Part shown: piece by piece, positions 38,439 to 51,730 of the stretch
Position numbering within the stretch: the first letter of the stretch is position 1
Layout of the letters: each line of letters opens with the position of its first letter
From: Glaucostegus cemiculus
Taxonomy: Eukaryota
Length of the DNA: 64,000 nt
Assembly: GCA_976551045.1 (NCBI GenBank)
Contig: CDPCPM010000026.1
Coordinates: forward strand, 13,764,001-13,828,000
Reading direction: 5' to 3'
Notes under the pieces: model-generated
Databases searched by the model: none
Told to the model about the DNA's origin: nothing
Seen by the model: only the letters and a program-made list of their open reading frames with translations
Position numbers and translations under genes: made by a program

Positions 38439-39859
38439 TGATCACCATATTTATAGACAATGATTGGAACCTCATATCAAATATACATGTTTGAAAAAAA
38501 TTGAGATGAATTCTGGGGCTGAACCTGCAAGCATATGGATCCAAGGATTGCAAGCCATCAAATAATGGGGACAGAATGTATGCATCATTGCAGAACCTGA
38601 TGTAAATATCACAGTGCACCAGGAGAGATGAAAGGAACTCGTATTGGATTCATCAGAAGAAAATTGGATTTTTAGAAAATTTTAGTAGAATGGATATGAA
38701 TAGTATAGAATACAAGAGAATTACTAATAAAATTCTAAACCAAGGTACTTGAACATGAAATAAATGAAAGAGCAAATGTCTTCAAACTTAAAGTTAAGTT
38801 ACTTAATTTTACAAGGATTCAAAAATTCATGTGTTTGTGATTCTCCTACCTCAGCAAGCTTCAGGCGGTGCATTATCTTAATATGTTTATCTCTGAGAAA
38901 TGTAACCACTGCTGCCAAAGGCACATACATTTTGAATCCAACTATAGTCTGCAAAAAGATCACCATACACCACCTGGTGCACTGTCATGGCTCCAAATAT
39001 GTGAGTTGGAATTAGACTCCTTAACCTCTCTGCCATGCTGTGTAGCCATCTGATGGGCAGTGCACTACACAAAATAATTTGCAGTATGCAAGTATTCAGT
39101 CTCAATTGTAAGTCACCAACTCTAACCTCTGGCAAGGTTAGACTGAGAGTTCATTCACTGATGTGTTACGTCCTGTGGAATCCACTTCTCCTGACTTTGG
39201 CCCTATAATGGACAAGTTGTCCAATTATCAGTGATCTATCCAATTTAAGTGAAGCACCATGGTGAATTTCATGCTAACATCAATGGTACCACACTTCTTG
39301 TCAGTTTTTGATAGTCTCTCTCATTTTCAGATTTGAATTAGTTCAAGAATTGGATAGATCAGACAAATTCTCAGGAACCTACCACAACTTTTTCACATCT
39401 TTCCTTGGTTTTGAATTTGAGACCGTAGGTTCCTTTAGAGCTGGTTGCAGATTATAATATTCACACTTATTGAAGGTAAAACTTGTGTTCTGTACTCTAT
39501 TATAATGAGTTTGTCTATTTCATAATCTTTGCAATGGGAAACAAATAGTATTACAGTGCTACATAGCTATGTAACAGCCAAAGGTAATTAAATGCTCAGA
39601 ATGACATTAAAAGTCAGCAGTAAATGTACAACTGACAGGATTTGGTCGAGCTGATAAATAGATGTTACGTAGTATTTTAGGCATTTTCTATTTTTTCCTG
39701 TTTTTCTTTCCTAAAAGCAATTGGTCACATTGGAGCACAATCTCATAAGTGCAGATAATCTTTCTATAACCATTTTTTGAGACAATTCCTTGTGGGTTAG
39801 CCTAGAACATCAGCAGGATATACAAAATGTTTAGAGATTGATTGGGTGGCACACTGAGG

Positions 39860-40080
39860 TCAAACCCAACCCTGTCCTTACCTGGCATTCATGCATGTAG
39901 ACACCTGACCAAGGAATGCTGAACAATGACTAGATGAGGGAACCTTCATTATTTCCTCCATTTGTAGCTCAAGGATACTGATCCAGTTGTTGTATTTGAA
40001 CCTGCAGCTAACTGAAATAGGTCATTCAGCTCAAAGCTAGGATTAATGTCGACCTTTCTAGTCTGTATGGGTCATAGAAC
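39860..40080 (-). mobile_element. Old tRNA-derived SINE fragment
   Basis: Reverse ccatacagactagaaaggtc...gagctgaatgacctatttcag head; a similar fragment lies on + at 42650-42780. Confidence 0.4.
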
Positions 40081-43000
40081 ATTATGCAATAGAGTTATCA
40101 ACAGAAATATAGAGAATACTTTGTCCACCAAGATGCAAGATGACAGGGGAAAACTTAACTAGGAAAAGAGATTAACAAAAACTACCATCACTTTGTGTTC
40201 CAAAATGGTAATCTAGCTTTATGCTTTATCACAGATTTATTATAATATTTTGCCATAGCTCAACTATAAAAAATCTCTTTGACCAATTGATAATTTCAAA
40301 TGTTGATTTAATTTAATTCAGTCAAATGCAAAATAAACGTGTCACATTCTAAATAGGATTGCTGCAATCAAAATTTAATTACATACAATTGAATTACTTG
40401 TAAAAACATTATTTATTCTCACTGGCTTTGGAAAGGAAGTATACTTCTGTTGACTTACAAATGATGAAATATTACAAATATTTCATTATAAATTAATTTT
40501 GATTCATATTTCCATCTTTGTATTTAAATAGGAGGTATTTAAATAACATTGTCCAAACTTGGGAGAAAATTAAATTTATGATACCTGCTTTGTAATTTCA
40601 TTCTTTTATTTTTCTTTAAATTCTTTAAGTACATATGAAGTACAAATCAGAGAGTCACAGGACCAGTCTGAAGTCACTCTCCCCACTATTTTGTGGAGTA
40701 AGATTAATGGACAAAGTACAAATATGCACAATGGTGTGAACAAAGTTGTGCTTTTATAGACTAAAGATGCAGTATCAATTTTCTTACTTAAACACGTGAA
40801 AGCATGTTCACAAATGAAGCAATGTGCATGTCCCAGTTACCAACACTTTTCAAGGGTTAGGTATGGTGAAAATACTGACAAACTCCTGTGGTTCTGCAAT
40901 AAATTAAATGTTGAATGGATTCAGCAGTGGTCTTGGTAACCAAACCTTGACTCACTTCAAAGTTATATTTATTGTAAATTCACAGTTGGAGTTTGTCTGT
41001 CCTCTGTCGTATATACAATGACACAACAGCCTGGTTTACCAGCATGTGAAGTTGATACATCATTCAAAATAGATGCTACATGATGTCTAATGCAATTTTA
41101 CCCAAATGTTTACCCAAATATTTCCTGAAGTTTTTCCAAGTCAATTTCTAGTTTCCCTTTCTACTTAAGATCCCTTTTTTTTAGTACACATTGCTGAGGT
41201 GCAGATCAGATTAATGTTTATGATGATGTGTTCTTTAAAAATGTATTAGTCAATCCAAAACAATAAAAATAGGATATTAAAATCTGAAATCTGAATCTTG
41301 TGGTCCTACGGTATATAATTGAATTTAAGGAGCTAGCTTTGAAAGGCGGAAGTCCTTATCTGATCTCATTCTTCTGAACCCATCCTTGTGCTGGATTAGA
41401 TATGTAGTCAGAATATCCCATGAATGAAATTCTGCACAATTATTGGGGCTTTGGAATGTGCAGTTTCTCTGTACCAAGTTTCTCTATGATCCTGCATCCT
41501 TTGTCTTAATAAGTATCAATGCAGCTTGCTTTTAAATATACCAGTTGATTGCAATTCAATTGCCTTTTCTGGAAATGCGCTTGACAGTTTACTATCTTGA
41601 TGTTTTACTGAGAATAAGAACAAGGATATTTGCTTGGCAAGTTATGTGGTGCAAGTTCCTTTTTTTTTGACTGTTTAAGGCATTGTGACAGTTTATAACA
41701 TGCTCTGAAGTTCAGTAAAGCAAATGAATTCAAAAGGCATGGAAAAGCTACGAGAAATATTGACCTCTGCAGCAAAGGTTACAGTGCTACACTGCAGTAA
41801 ATATTGGTTACTGTATTAGTGCGGTTAATTTGATTCTTCTTAAAGTATGGCGGTTAAAAAGCTGCAATTATTGCTGTGTTGTAGTGTTTGAGAGTAACAG
41901 TTGTAATGACACCTTCGCAAAACTAAAAAGTAGTACTAGTCAGAAAATAATCCTCATAAACCATTAGTTTAGAATCTACAACTATAGAAAAAAGAATTAC
42001 TTATTGTACAACAGAGTTCTTTATTCTGTTTCATTGGAACACCACAGTGAAGATTGTTTGAGTGAGCATTCTTTATCTACCTCATAACAAAACAATGAAA
42101 TGTGAAACTTACTTGTTTTGGAAATTAAATATTTCCCTCTTCTGTGACATTATTCGTCAGGCTGACATATGTCTTCAGGCTTTGATATGTACTGAGCCTT
42201 AACAGCTTTTGTCAAGTTTTTGAACTCATCTTGAATGAGGTCAGTTGGCATATCAGTGTCAATCCTCTTGAAAGCCATTTACATTATCTGACAAGCTACA
42301 GTCATCTCCCCTTATCCTCTTTGCTCTGAGTTAAGACATGGATACATTCCAAGGTACGACTATCAATACATATATTCCACTGTCGTGCAAATCTCTGAAC
42401 AATTATCATGAGGGATAATTAATTATATACCAACAATGAATTACCAAATAATAATAGCACCAAATATTTTAATTCATGAGTTTTGTAGAGACAGATTTTG
42501 CTAATTTGAATGGGACTTACAGTCATTAAGGTGAAAGAATCACTTAAGAAGTGAATAATAATACACCAATTATTTTTAAATAAAAGAAATTGAAATGCTT
42601 TACACAGCAATCACACCTCAGCTGCCCTGTCAATTCATTTGGTAAAGGTAGTACGTAACCGAGCCACGCAAACTGAAAGATGCCTGCTTCGTCCCTTGAT
42701 CTATTCTTGGACAACTGGTTTCATAGGGTGGAAGATTGTTCATAGGGTGGAACAATTCTTCTCAGTTAAGGAAAGGGAAGGATTTTGATTTTGGTCTGAC
42801 GTGGGTTCAGTCAGTTTAAAAACTTTGCTGCCTGTGCAAGGCAGTTATGGAAAATGATGAGGGAGTGGTGTGTTGTGGCTCAATTCCAGATCCAGAACAT
42901 GCATTAATTAGAAGACTTGCCTCATTATTTGCACCTTCTGTTGCATGATTGCCATAAGCTCATTATCAAAATGGCGTACTGTGCATAGCTTCCTGAAAAT

Positions 43001-43094
43001 ACTAGCCATCTTCAAGTGCTGCCAATCAAAGTTTTCTTGGTATAAATGGAAGTTTGGCTATTCCTTTTATGCATCAGGCTTTATGATGTAAAGC

Positions 43095-43465
43095 ATGGGA
43101 ACAGCAGCATATTGGTTAATTTACAAGACTAGTTTTCAGAGGTCTGGACCATTTATCTGGAGACATGAATTCAAATTTCCACCATAGCAGTTAAAGAATT
43201 TAACTGTCGATTGAAAGGTTACTATCACTAATGGATACCATGAAACTTCTTGATTGTTGAAAGAAGTCTGGTTCATTAATATCCTTTAGGGAAACAAATC
43301 TGCCTTCTTACTTGGTTTGGTCTCTTCCTGATTTCATACCCTCCTATGCGGTTGACTCTTAACTGCCCTTTCAAATAAGCCAGCAATCCTCTAATGTCAA
43401 ATGACCAAGGATGGACAATAAATGCTGGCCATAAAAACAATCTCCACATCCAGTGAACAAATGTA
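43095..43465 (+). mobile_element. Full-length decayed tRNA-derived SINE
   Basis: A-box-like agcatattggtta, B-box-like gaattcaaatttcc, body ctggttcattaatatcctttagggaa, tail caataaatgctggcc...cacatcc.gtgaacaaat. Confidence 0.7.
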
Positions 43466-43949
43466 AAGAGCAGTGTGACAATTTTCTATACCATTGGGTA
43501 ATTGCATCTCAGGGTGGAGTTTCTGATTTCTGATCCTATGTTAATAATGAAACTCGAAAGTTGAATGGATTCTGGCATTTGACTTTTGAGCAGGTCACAC
43601 ACTCCTTGATATGTGCCAATATGAAAGTAGTGGTGGAGGCATTGCAGTGGTGGGGGGTCAGGGGCATTGCAACACCTGACCATCATATCTCAGGGGGCTT
43701 CTGCTTTTGATTTCAGTGCAGCATGCAAATGCTTTAACCATTCCAGTGATGTGCATTATTGCTTCAGTCAGTCTGCAGTTTGATGGGTGAAAGTGAAGAT
43801 CCTAATCCTGGGAAACTACCTTTTTCTGCTTAAGTTATTTCTTTTACTGCAAGATGGAGCTCAATTGAATAGGTAAGTTTTGCCTCTGTGACTTCCTGAA
43901 TCCTCCACTATTTGAATAATGTGTTGAAATTGATGGAAATATGACAAAA

Positions 43950-46200
43950 AGTCAACATGACTTTCTTGCTCTTCTACTCTGTCTCCATTTATAAAGCCCA
44001 GGGTGTCTCATGTTTTTTAAACCACTTTCTTAACCTGCCTTGCTATCTTCAACAAACTGGACCCATATGCCCCAATATCCCTCTGCTCTTATGCCCTATG
44101 CCACCTTTAGAATTGTCCTGCTGGTTTATATTGTCTTATCTCTGACTTCTTACTGGAAAGCAACACTTTATATTTCTCAGCATTAACCTTCATCTTCCAG
44201 TGTCCTTTCCATCAGGCTATCCGCATCACCTAAAAGTCTATCACTATCCTCCTCACCGTTCATTACACCTTCAAGTTTTGGGTTATTTGCAGATTTGGAA
44301 ATTGACTCCTGCACACCCAAGTTCAAGTCACTGACATATATATTAAATAAAACAGTGATCCTATGATTGACTCCTGGGGAGTCAATCATCAGATCACTTT
44401 CCCCCAGTCTGAAAAACAACCCTTCACTACTCCTCCCTGTTTCCTGCTTTATAACCTTATTTCAATCCATGCTCCACAAAGCCTTTTATTCCATGCCTCT
44501 CAATCTTGCTGACATGTCTCATATGTGGCACCTTATCAAATACTTTCTGGAAGATTATATATCTCACATCAATCATATTTTTCTCATCGGTCCTTCCTGT
44601 TGGTTCATCAAGAAATCCTATTGTTGGTTAAATGTGATTTACCTTTAAGAAATCCATACTGGTTTTTCCTAATCAATGCACACTTGTCCAAGTGACTGCT
44701 AATTCTCTCCCTGATTAATGTTTCTATAATTTTCTCCACCACTGAGTCTACCTACTGGGTTTAACACTACACCACTTTTTAAACAAGGGTGTAAACATAT
44801 GCCATTTTTCAGGCGATGGGCATGTCAGGAACCCTGCACTTTTCTCTATTAACCAAGGATGCATCCCAACATCTCCAAATGACCTATTCACTTTGGTTGC
44901 TCTAGTGCCTCCTCTTTAGCAGTTTTTAGTTCCAATCAAAACCTCAACAAAGCTTTCTTTACTGAGATTCCTCCGACATCTTCCTTGTTGAAGACTGCTA
45001 TGAAGTACTCACAGGTACCCCAGCCATTCTGACTGCTTGCATTAATGTATTTTCTTTTAGTTCTCTGAATAAGCCCACCTCTCCTCTTAGAACTTTTTTC
45101 CAGTTCATGGTATGTTATGGTATATTTTTGGCTTCTTTTATGTTTGCAGCCAGTTATTTCTCATGCTCTCCCTTTATCACTCCTATTCCTTTTTTAACTT
45201 CCCTTCTGAATGTTTTAGAAGCAGCCTGATTCTCACTTTTGTTGACAACCTGGAATCTGTGGTATGCTCTATCTTTTGGTTATCCCAGGGGTTCTCGCCT
45301 TAGTTTCACGACCCCTCTCATTGCTTAGACTTGTAGCTGAGGCACCTCCACCTTAAAGACCTCTCATTGTTTGATTCTTCTTCTGCTTGCCAAGCATTGC
45401 TTCCAATTTACATCTGTTCTCATCCGATTGAACTTCACCTTTTCCCAATCAACATTTTTGTTTACCTTGGAGCTGCCTGTGTTGTTTTCCATAGCTATTC
45501 TACATCTTGTGATATTATGATCACTGTTTTCTGGATGTTTCTGCACGGATGTTCCTCCACTGGGGTTGGCTTATTTCCCACAACCAGGTGCAGCAACATT
45601 ACCTGTTGGGCTCGAATTGTACTGATCAAGAAAATTTATCTGAATACACTTCAAAAACATTTCCCCTTTGCTCCTTATGTTGTTACTCTCTAGTTAGTAG
45701 ATGAAGTCCCCTGTTATCATTACTCTCTGGCTTTTGAACATCTTTAATTTCACTGCAAATTTTCCCCTTAATATGCTTCCCACTAGTCCCAATAGTGTAA
45801 TCATAATTGTATTATTTCTTTCTTCCAAACAGACAGCTTCTTATCATGAATATTCCAGGACATTCTCTCTCTCCAGCACTGAAATATAATTAGTACTTCC
45901 ACTCCTACTCCTTGATTTCCTTGATTATCTTTCCTGAACGTCTTTTATCTGGGACTATTTAGAACCCATTCCTGCCCTCTTATTGCCATGATACTGTATC
46001 TCCACATGATTACTTGTATCTGCAGCTCACCAACCTTTTAATACACTTCCCGAATTTACATACATGCACGATTAACTTATCTTGGATATTCTTGTACTCT
46101 CTTTCAGATTGGTCCCATCTCAAAAAATTCTGCTTTCTTGTTCTGGTGCAATTTATCTTTTTCAATCCCTTTTGTATTCTTTTTCTCCTTTTCAGTATTG
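43950..46200 (-). mobile_element. Long decayed CR1 LINE (endonuclease + RT)
   Basis: RVMITGDF at 45703-45727 (-); ORF 44183-44419 LFNIYVSDL...ISKSANNPKL (cf. ISKFADDTKL). Confidence 0.85.
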
Positions 46201-46399
46201 CCATCCTGTGCCCATCTGCTGTACGTTATGCACAAGTGGCCCTGCTCATATGCAAGATCAACCAATAGAGTCAAGTCTTCACCCCAGATTGTTTGATGCT
46301 GATAGTTAACAGCTAGTGAAGGAAAAATGTTGAAAATATCACCAATGCTCTGAAGGATCAAAATATCGCAGAGCTAAGGTTGTTGCTATGACTCTTGTG

Positions 46400-47720
46400 A
46401 TATCATAAGGAAAAATTATGGGCAGATTGAGAAGTAAGCACTGGTATAGCGTCTAGAAATAAATCCTACAGATCCTTTACCCTTGCAACTGATCATACCC
46501 ACAATGGCAGTATCAAGGATGAGTAATCCTACCACAGGAAAATTATACAATTGAGTACCAGAGTTCTGATCAAGAACAGCTATATGGTGTCCCCTCATAG
46601 CTACCCTGATGTTGGAAGTAAAAATGTGACATATGTGTTAAGTGTTGTTCCTGAGAACTTCTCAGTCACTCTGTCTGGAATCGCAAATAAGACACAGAAA
46701 AACCCAATGTTGTGAAGAGTCTCTGAACAAACATTGAAAGGATGGACAGAATTTGGCCAGTGTACAGATGTTGAACTGAAACCATTCCATAGTCATCACA
46801 ATGAGCTGTCATGTGAACAGGGATGCAGTAGGTGGGGGTCACAAAGTAATAAGGCTATTCTGTGAGAAAAGATTTTGGCTTGAACTTCGTACCAAACACA
46901 TGGGAATAGTTGATACGAAAGCAATCACAATTGGCATGGTTTCAGATCCTTGTCTGTGCACTGGTCAAAATCTGTCCATTCTTTCAATATGTGTTCAGAG
47001 ACCTTTGACAACATTGTTTTTTTCTGTGTCTTGTTTGTGATTTCACACAGAGTTGCAGCTTATTAGTCTTGTTGGCCTCAAATTATTGATAGGCAAATTC
47101 ACTGTTTGTCAAGGTTGTAGGAAGAAGGCACCAAAAACTTCTTTGTAATCATGGATGTGGCCTATTGGACTTTTACAGACAGTACAAGTGGACATTTGTG
47201 AAAAAGGGAATAAAAACTTCCACTGCTTGATGGTCACTGAAAGTGGGTTGAAATGGGCTTGACACGGATTCACATACCATGACTGTACTCGGATAGATGC
47301 ATTGAGATCTGCCCATGCATACTGTGGTTTGTATGAAGAGGGCATTCAAAATTCAGCATGGAGTACCTCTTGGTCAATTTCTTGCTGATGTACAAAGCAA
47401 CTCCCTATACCATAATGGAGAATACACCCCTAGAACTCTTGACGAAGAGAAGATTGGGAACATGCCTGGGCCTTGTTCAAACAAATTTAATTTCCAGAGT
47501 TGAGCAGAAGCAGCTGAATCAAAAACATCACTGATACAACAATCAAAAAGGATGTTGGTTCAAGGGACCTGGGTGTAGTGGCTTCTTAGTCTCCACAGCA
47601 AGTCAATCTCACATAGATGAGATGTAGAATCAGTAATGGAGATTTGTTTGGCTGAAATTGATCACAGAATGCAACGTGTTTGCACATATCATTGATCTTT
47701 GCTGGAAACAAACTAAGTCT
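46400..47720 (+). mobile_element. Decayed Ty3/Gypsy pol (RNase H, connector, integrase)
   Basis: RKNYGQIEK*AL (46408), FTLATDH (46476), NYTIEY (46541), LKGW...ELKPF...NELSCEQGC, HMGIVDTKAI, VCQGCRKKAP...WMWP...VQVDIC (47101), NFLLMYKATP...TPLELL..RRL (47376); RH-then-IN order is Gypsy-type. Confidence 0.88.
46668..47053. repeat. Inverted duplication within Gypsy pol (arms 46668-46788 and 46933-47053)
   Basis: Gap-free alignment, 99/120 nt identical by manual count. Confidence 0.92.
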
Positions 47721-47961
47721 GGATGTTGAACTACTTGATCATGAAGTTGCATTCAAACTAGATCCAGTATGGACTTCAGGAAATGAAAGACCAAATCCAA
47801 GCAAGTGTGACAAACAAACAAAGTCTTCATTAGATTTAAGTATAGGACCAAATTGTCCAAAGAACATTTTGATACAAAAATCCATAACCGAATCAGAAAG
47901 TCTGCAAAAATCAATTAGTGAACTAGCTGTTCATTGAATGCATACCTCACTGGTAGCTACT

Positions 47962-48239
47962 GAAAAAAAAGGAGCTGTGTAGTGTCTCTTTAAGTATGGA
48001 CATATTGTTCTCTTTTTTATAAGTATTTTTTAACATATTTGTTTATATTATGATCCAAATGGATAGATGAGTAACGTGATGTGCTTATTTTGCGGCAGTG
48101 TAATGTTGTCATAGAAAGTCTGGAACATTCAGTTTGCCAGTTTAAAGTTTCACCACATAAATAGCTCAAGTATGCTGCCTTGCATAATAAATCATTATCT
48201 TTTTGGATATCTTCTTCTCTTTCTACATATTTTACTGCA
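47962..48239 (+). mobile_element. Probable polypurine tract and 3' LTR of the Gypsy relic
   Basis: gaaaaaaaaggag followed by TGTGTAGTGTCTCTTTAAG; aataaa at ~48187; ends ...actgCA. No 5' LTR visible for comparison. Confidence 0.5.
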
Positions 48240-50033
48240 TCTTAATGTCTTGTGAAGGCATCATATTGAACATTTGCATGTTTACTTCTTGTGGACTTGG
48301 CCAAAATCTGATTTTCTTGAAGCAAATCTGACAAGGAAACATTACCGCAGTTCTCAAAGAGTTAAAAAGGATGTATCCTCGGAATTGCATTCTGATATAG
48401 CCTGGAAGATGGACTTTGAGCACATTTTTTCATAAGTACAACTCAATCGCTTTCTTACTGCAGTAATTTGGATCTTGTTTCAGAATAATAGCATGAAAGA
48501 CTGTCTGTAAGCAGTGTTTATCTTACTGTTGAAAAAAAATCTGTATTTGGCCTAGCCTCTAAGATGAAAGTACATAAATAATGTGTACAGGAAGTTCAAT
48601 GTATGATTTGAAAGTTATAACATATGAAAACGATCCACTCTGGCACCAGGCTGCATGGTGTGGTATGTAAACACAAGCAGAAAGTGTAAAGTTCACATGG
48701 GTTTAGATTTACTGAAAGATACCACTAACTGTAAACTTTAATACAAAAGGCAAAAGTTACAAGACAAAAATTACATTAATAAATTAAAGTTCCCTTTCCT
48801 TACTCTCGTAAATGTCGACAGTTTGACCTTTCTTTTTTGGCCTCTACCCCAATGAATTTCTTGGTGACCCACTGCCAATGGATCCATCTAGCCCTCGAAC
48901 TGGCTCAGAATCACTCTCCAAGATTAGTGCACTTCTGTCTTTGTGTGGATGGACACACATTAGGTAGATGCAAATAGCCTCTACATGGGTCCACCAGATG
49001 TCCTTCTGAAATGACAGCAGGACTGTATGAAACAACTCAATTTCAGAGACTGGCAGCCAGGCCTGAAACATTCAAAAGTGAAGACACTGAGGAAGTAATT
49101 TCCCCATGGTCAGACATGCTAAATTCAGAATTTTGGAAGCAGAGTTCAGTGTGTATATTTTTTATATTGTGTTTTTAGCTTATGTGGCAAAAGAGAAATT
49201 TCTCTCCCTACTGCTTTTTAAACTGGCCTCTTCTCCAGATTTAGAAGCTTGTGGTAGCAAGTTCCCATAAATAACGATGAGAGTCTCCAAAGGAGGCAGA
49301 AGAGTCAGTCTCACATTTTGAAAGTGACCAGGGAGCCAGAGAAATCAACCAAGGTCAGACAGACATATCTAGTCATGGGAAGTTCCTGGCCAACAGTTGT
49401 AACATCTGCTGCAGATACCTGTGAAAAACATCTGGATTGAGACAACTCTCCCTCTGGACGGGAATGTTTACATGTCATGAATTTTTCACCTCGTTCTTTT
49501 AAAAACCACTCTTACATCAGGCAATTTGCAGTGCACATAAGTATCAAGGACCTGATAACATTTTGTTGAAAGGAGATATCAGAGGGAGAGGGCAAACAGT
49601 AATCATTGGTTTGCAAGCTGTCTTGCTCATCTTTAGGGGATGATTTTCAACAGATACTTTAGGAGACTAAGAGGTAGGCAAATAGGGGTTTTGAGATGAA
49701 TTATTGTTTTTGCTCATATTTAACGTAAAATGCTCTTGGTAAAGGAGCAGAATGCAGTTCAGCAGCTTATTATATAGGCAATTGACACTTACGTTGCCAT
49801 CATTAAGGAAGCATTTGGCGTCTGGGCTTCACCTGTCCCAACAATAGCCAATTGTTTGGGAGAAACACTGCAATAATGTGTATTTTAAGTACTACTTAAA
49901 TGATGCTCAACTCTTAAAGGCATACTCACCATTTCATAGGCACTTGCTGCTCGAGCTCAGGAGAAAACTTAAAATTGTGGGACATTTTACCAAAATTTCT
50001 CAAAACCTAGGCAGTATTTGTTCTGGAAATTAA

Positions 50034-50297
50034 GGGTGGCACGATAGTGTAGCGTTTAGTGCAACACTGTTACAGCGCCAGCGATTGGGGTTCAATTCCC
50101 GTCGCTGTAAGGAGTTTGTACGTTCTCCCGTGTCTGCGTGGGTTTCCTCTGGGTGCTCCGGTTTCCTCCCACATTCTAAAGACGTACGGGTAGGTTAATC
50201 TGGGGTGTTTAAAATGGGCGGCGTGGACTCGTTGGGCCGAAAGGGCTGTTACCACGCTGTAAATAAAATTTAATTTAATTTGAGAAATTTAATTTAA
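50034..50297 (+). mobile_element. Young full-length V-SINE
   Basis: tRNA-like head (tagtgtagcgtttag, ggttcaattcc), V-domain, CR1-like tail, (TTTAA)n end; gaaatta on both flanks (50026, 50298). Confidence 0.92.
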
Positions 50298-51629
50298 GAA
50301 ATTATCCAAGGACTTTGCCTGAAAAAAATATTATTTTACTGTACTTCATAGGAACTACCAGGAGAAAGGGAATGTTTAGTCATTGGCATCCTGCTGGATG
50401 GGGAACAGGAAGAGGACATGAAGCCAGAAGGAAGAGTACCAGCTGTTTCTGGAGAGAGGGGCAGGAGAGATAGGAGTGTGAGTTGGCACCTATCCCCATT
50501 ATGAGTTGAAGGCATCTCCACTGAATCTTTCTGTGTCCTGAATCTGAGAACCCATGTGCCCGCTCCTCAGTCTCTGAACCGGTCTGAACTGTTCCACAAT
50601 TCATTGGGCTGTGCTTGTTACCTTCAGTGGAAGTAGATACAGGGAGCCTTTGCAAAATGCCCCAGTTATCTTATTACTTGCAGGCATTTAGGGATCACTT
50701 CCAGGCTAATTCAAATCACAGTAACTGATCTAAATTGTGGAGTTAACGTAAACTTTTAAAACTGGTGAGTCTTATTCACACCCACTTAACTGTCTCTTTT
50801 CATCCTTTGGTCAAAATAGCAACCTTGAGCTCTTTGGAACAACTCACCGATTTCAAGAAGACAAAGGGTTTAGCCTTAATTACTGTCGAGATGGTATCAG
50901 ACCACGGAAACACCATATATATCAGCATCCATTACCCAAGACCATTCATCTGTCATACCCACTTTATTTGAAGGAAGAGAAACACTAGTGTTTAAAAAGT
51001 GTCATCGTTTACAAATGGCATAAGGCATTATATAATTAACATTTTGCTTATGTTTGGATTGGCAAATATTTTGAGATTACAAAGGAACTTAGGAACATAT
51101 TTTAACCAGATGAGAAGTTCAAGCCATGCCAATTTTGCAAATCATAGAATTTATGATTTAACACAGCTTTTCCAGCAGCTAAAAACTGCAGAGAGGGCAA
51201 TGTAACTTAAGCAGAATCCATAGGAACCAATTTCTTTTTACGTGGTAATTTCCTGTTCCACTGAGAACAAACGTAAGGTGCAATATGTCCCACTTTCTTG
51301 TTACTGGAGATCTCTGTGCATTATTCAGATAATTCTGGCAGCCTTGCCCCATTCCTTTTAACATAGGAGACCACAGTAACTTTAAGGGCAATTTCTGTCT
51401 GACCTTCACAAATCTGTGTTAGTGTTGTTGCAAACATAGCCTTACTTTCTTTCAAGACATTGTTAACAAAATATCTTTCTTGGGCCTTTTGGAAACCTGG
51501 AATGTGCTCTGGTGTCTTTATCATTTTGTGGCCATTAAAGTATGCAGAACCTCCAGAGATTTGTGCATGTATACTGAGTGGCTCTTTATTGATTTATAAA
51601 ATGTATTACCTTGAATTATTTTCACTTAT

Positions 51630-51730
51630 GGAGTGACACTGGAGTCAGAAGGTTATGAGCTCATGTCCGAGGGAACTGTGCACAAAATCTGGGCTGATGC
51701 TCTGTAGTTTTAATGGGATGCTGTTTTGCC
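51630..51730 (+). mobile_element. DeuSINE (SacSINE1-like) 5' fragment
   Basis: gagtcagaaggttatgagctca...gcacaaaatctgggctgat matches the reverse complement of the 58540-58910 head. Confidence 0.5.

Noticed and set aside
42720-42752. CRISPR-like or other regular repeat array
   Set aside because: Only two-unit tandem duplications occur; there is no repeat-spacer array or cas gene, and the DNA is vertebrate.
46668-47053. MITE with 120-bp TIRs
   Set aside because: Both arms translate to Gypsy pol and the spacer is contiguous pol sequence, so this is an internal inverted duplication.
50034-50110. tRNA gene
   Set aside because: The A/B boxes are followed by a V-domain and a LINE-like tail; this is a SINE head with no complete cloverleaf.
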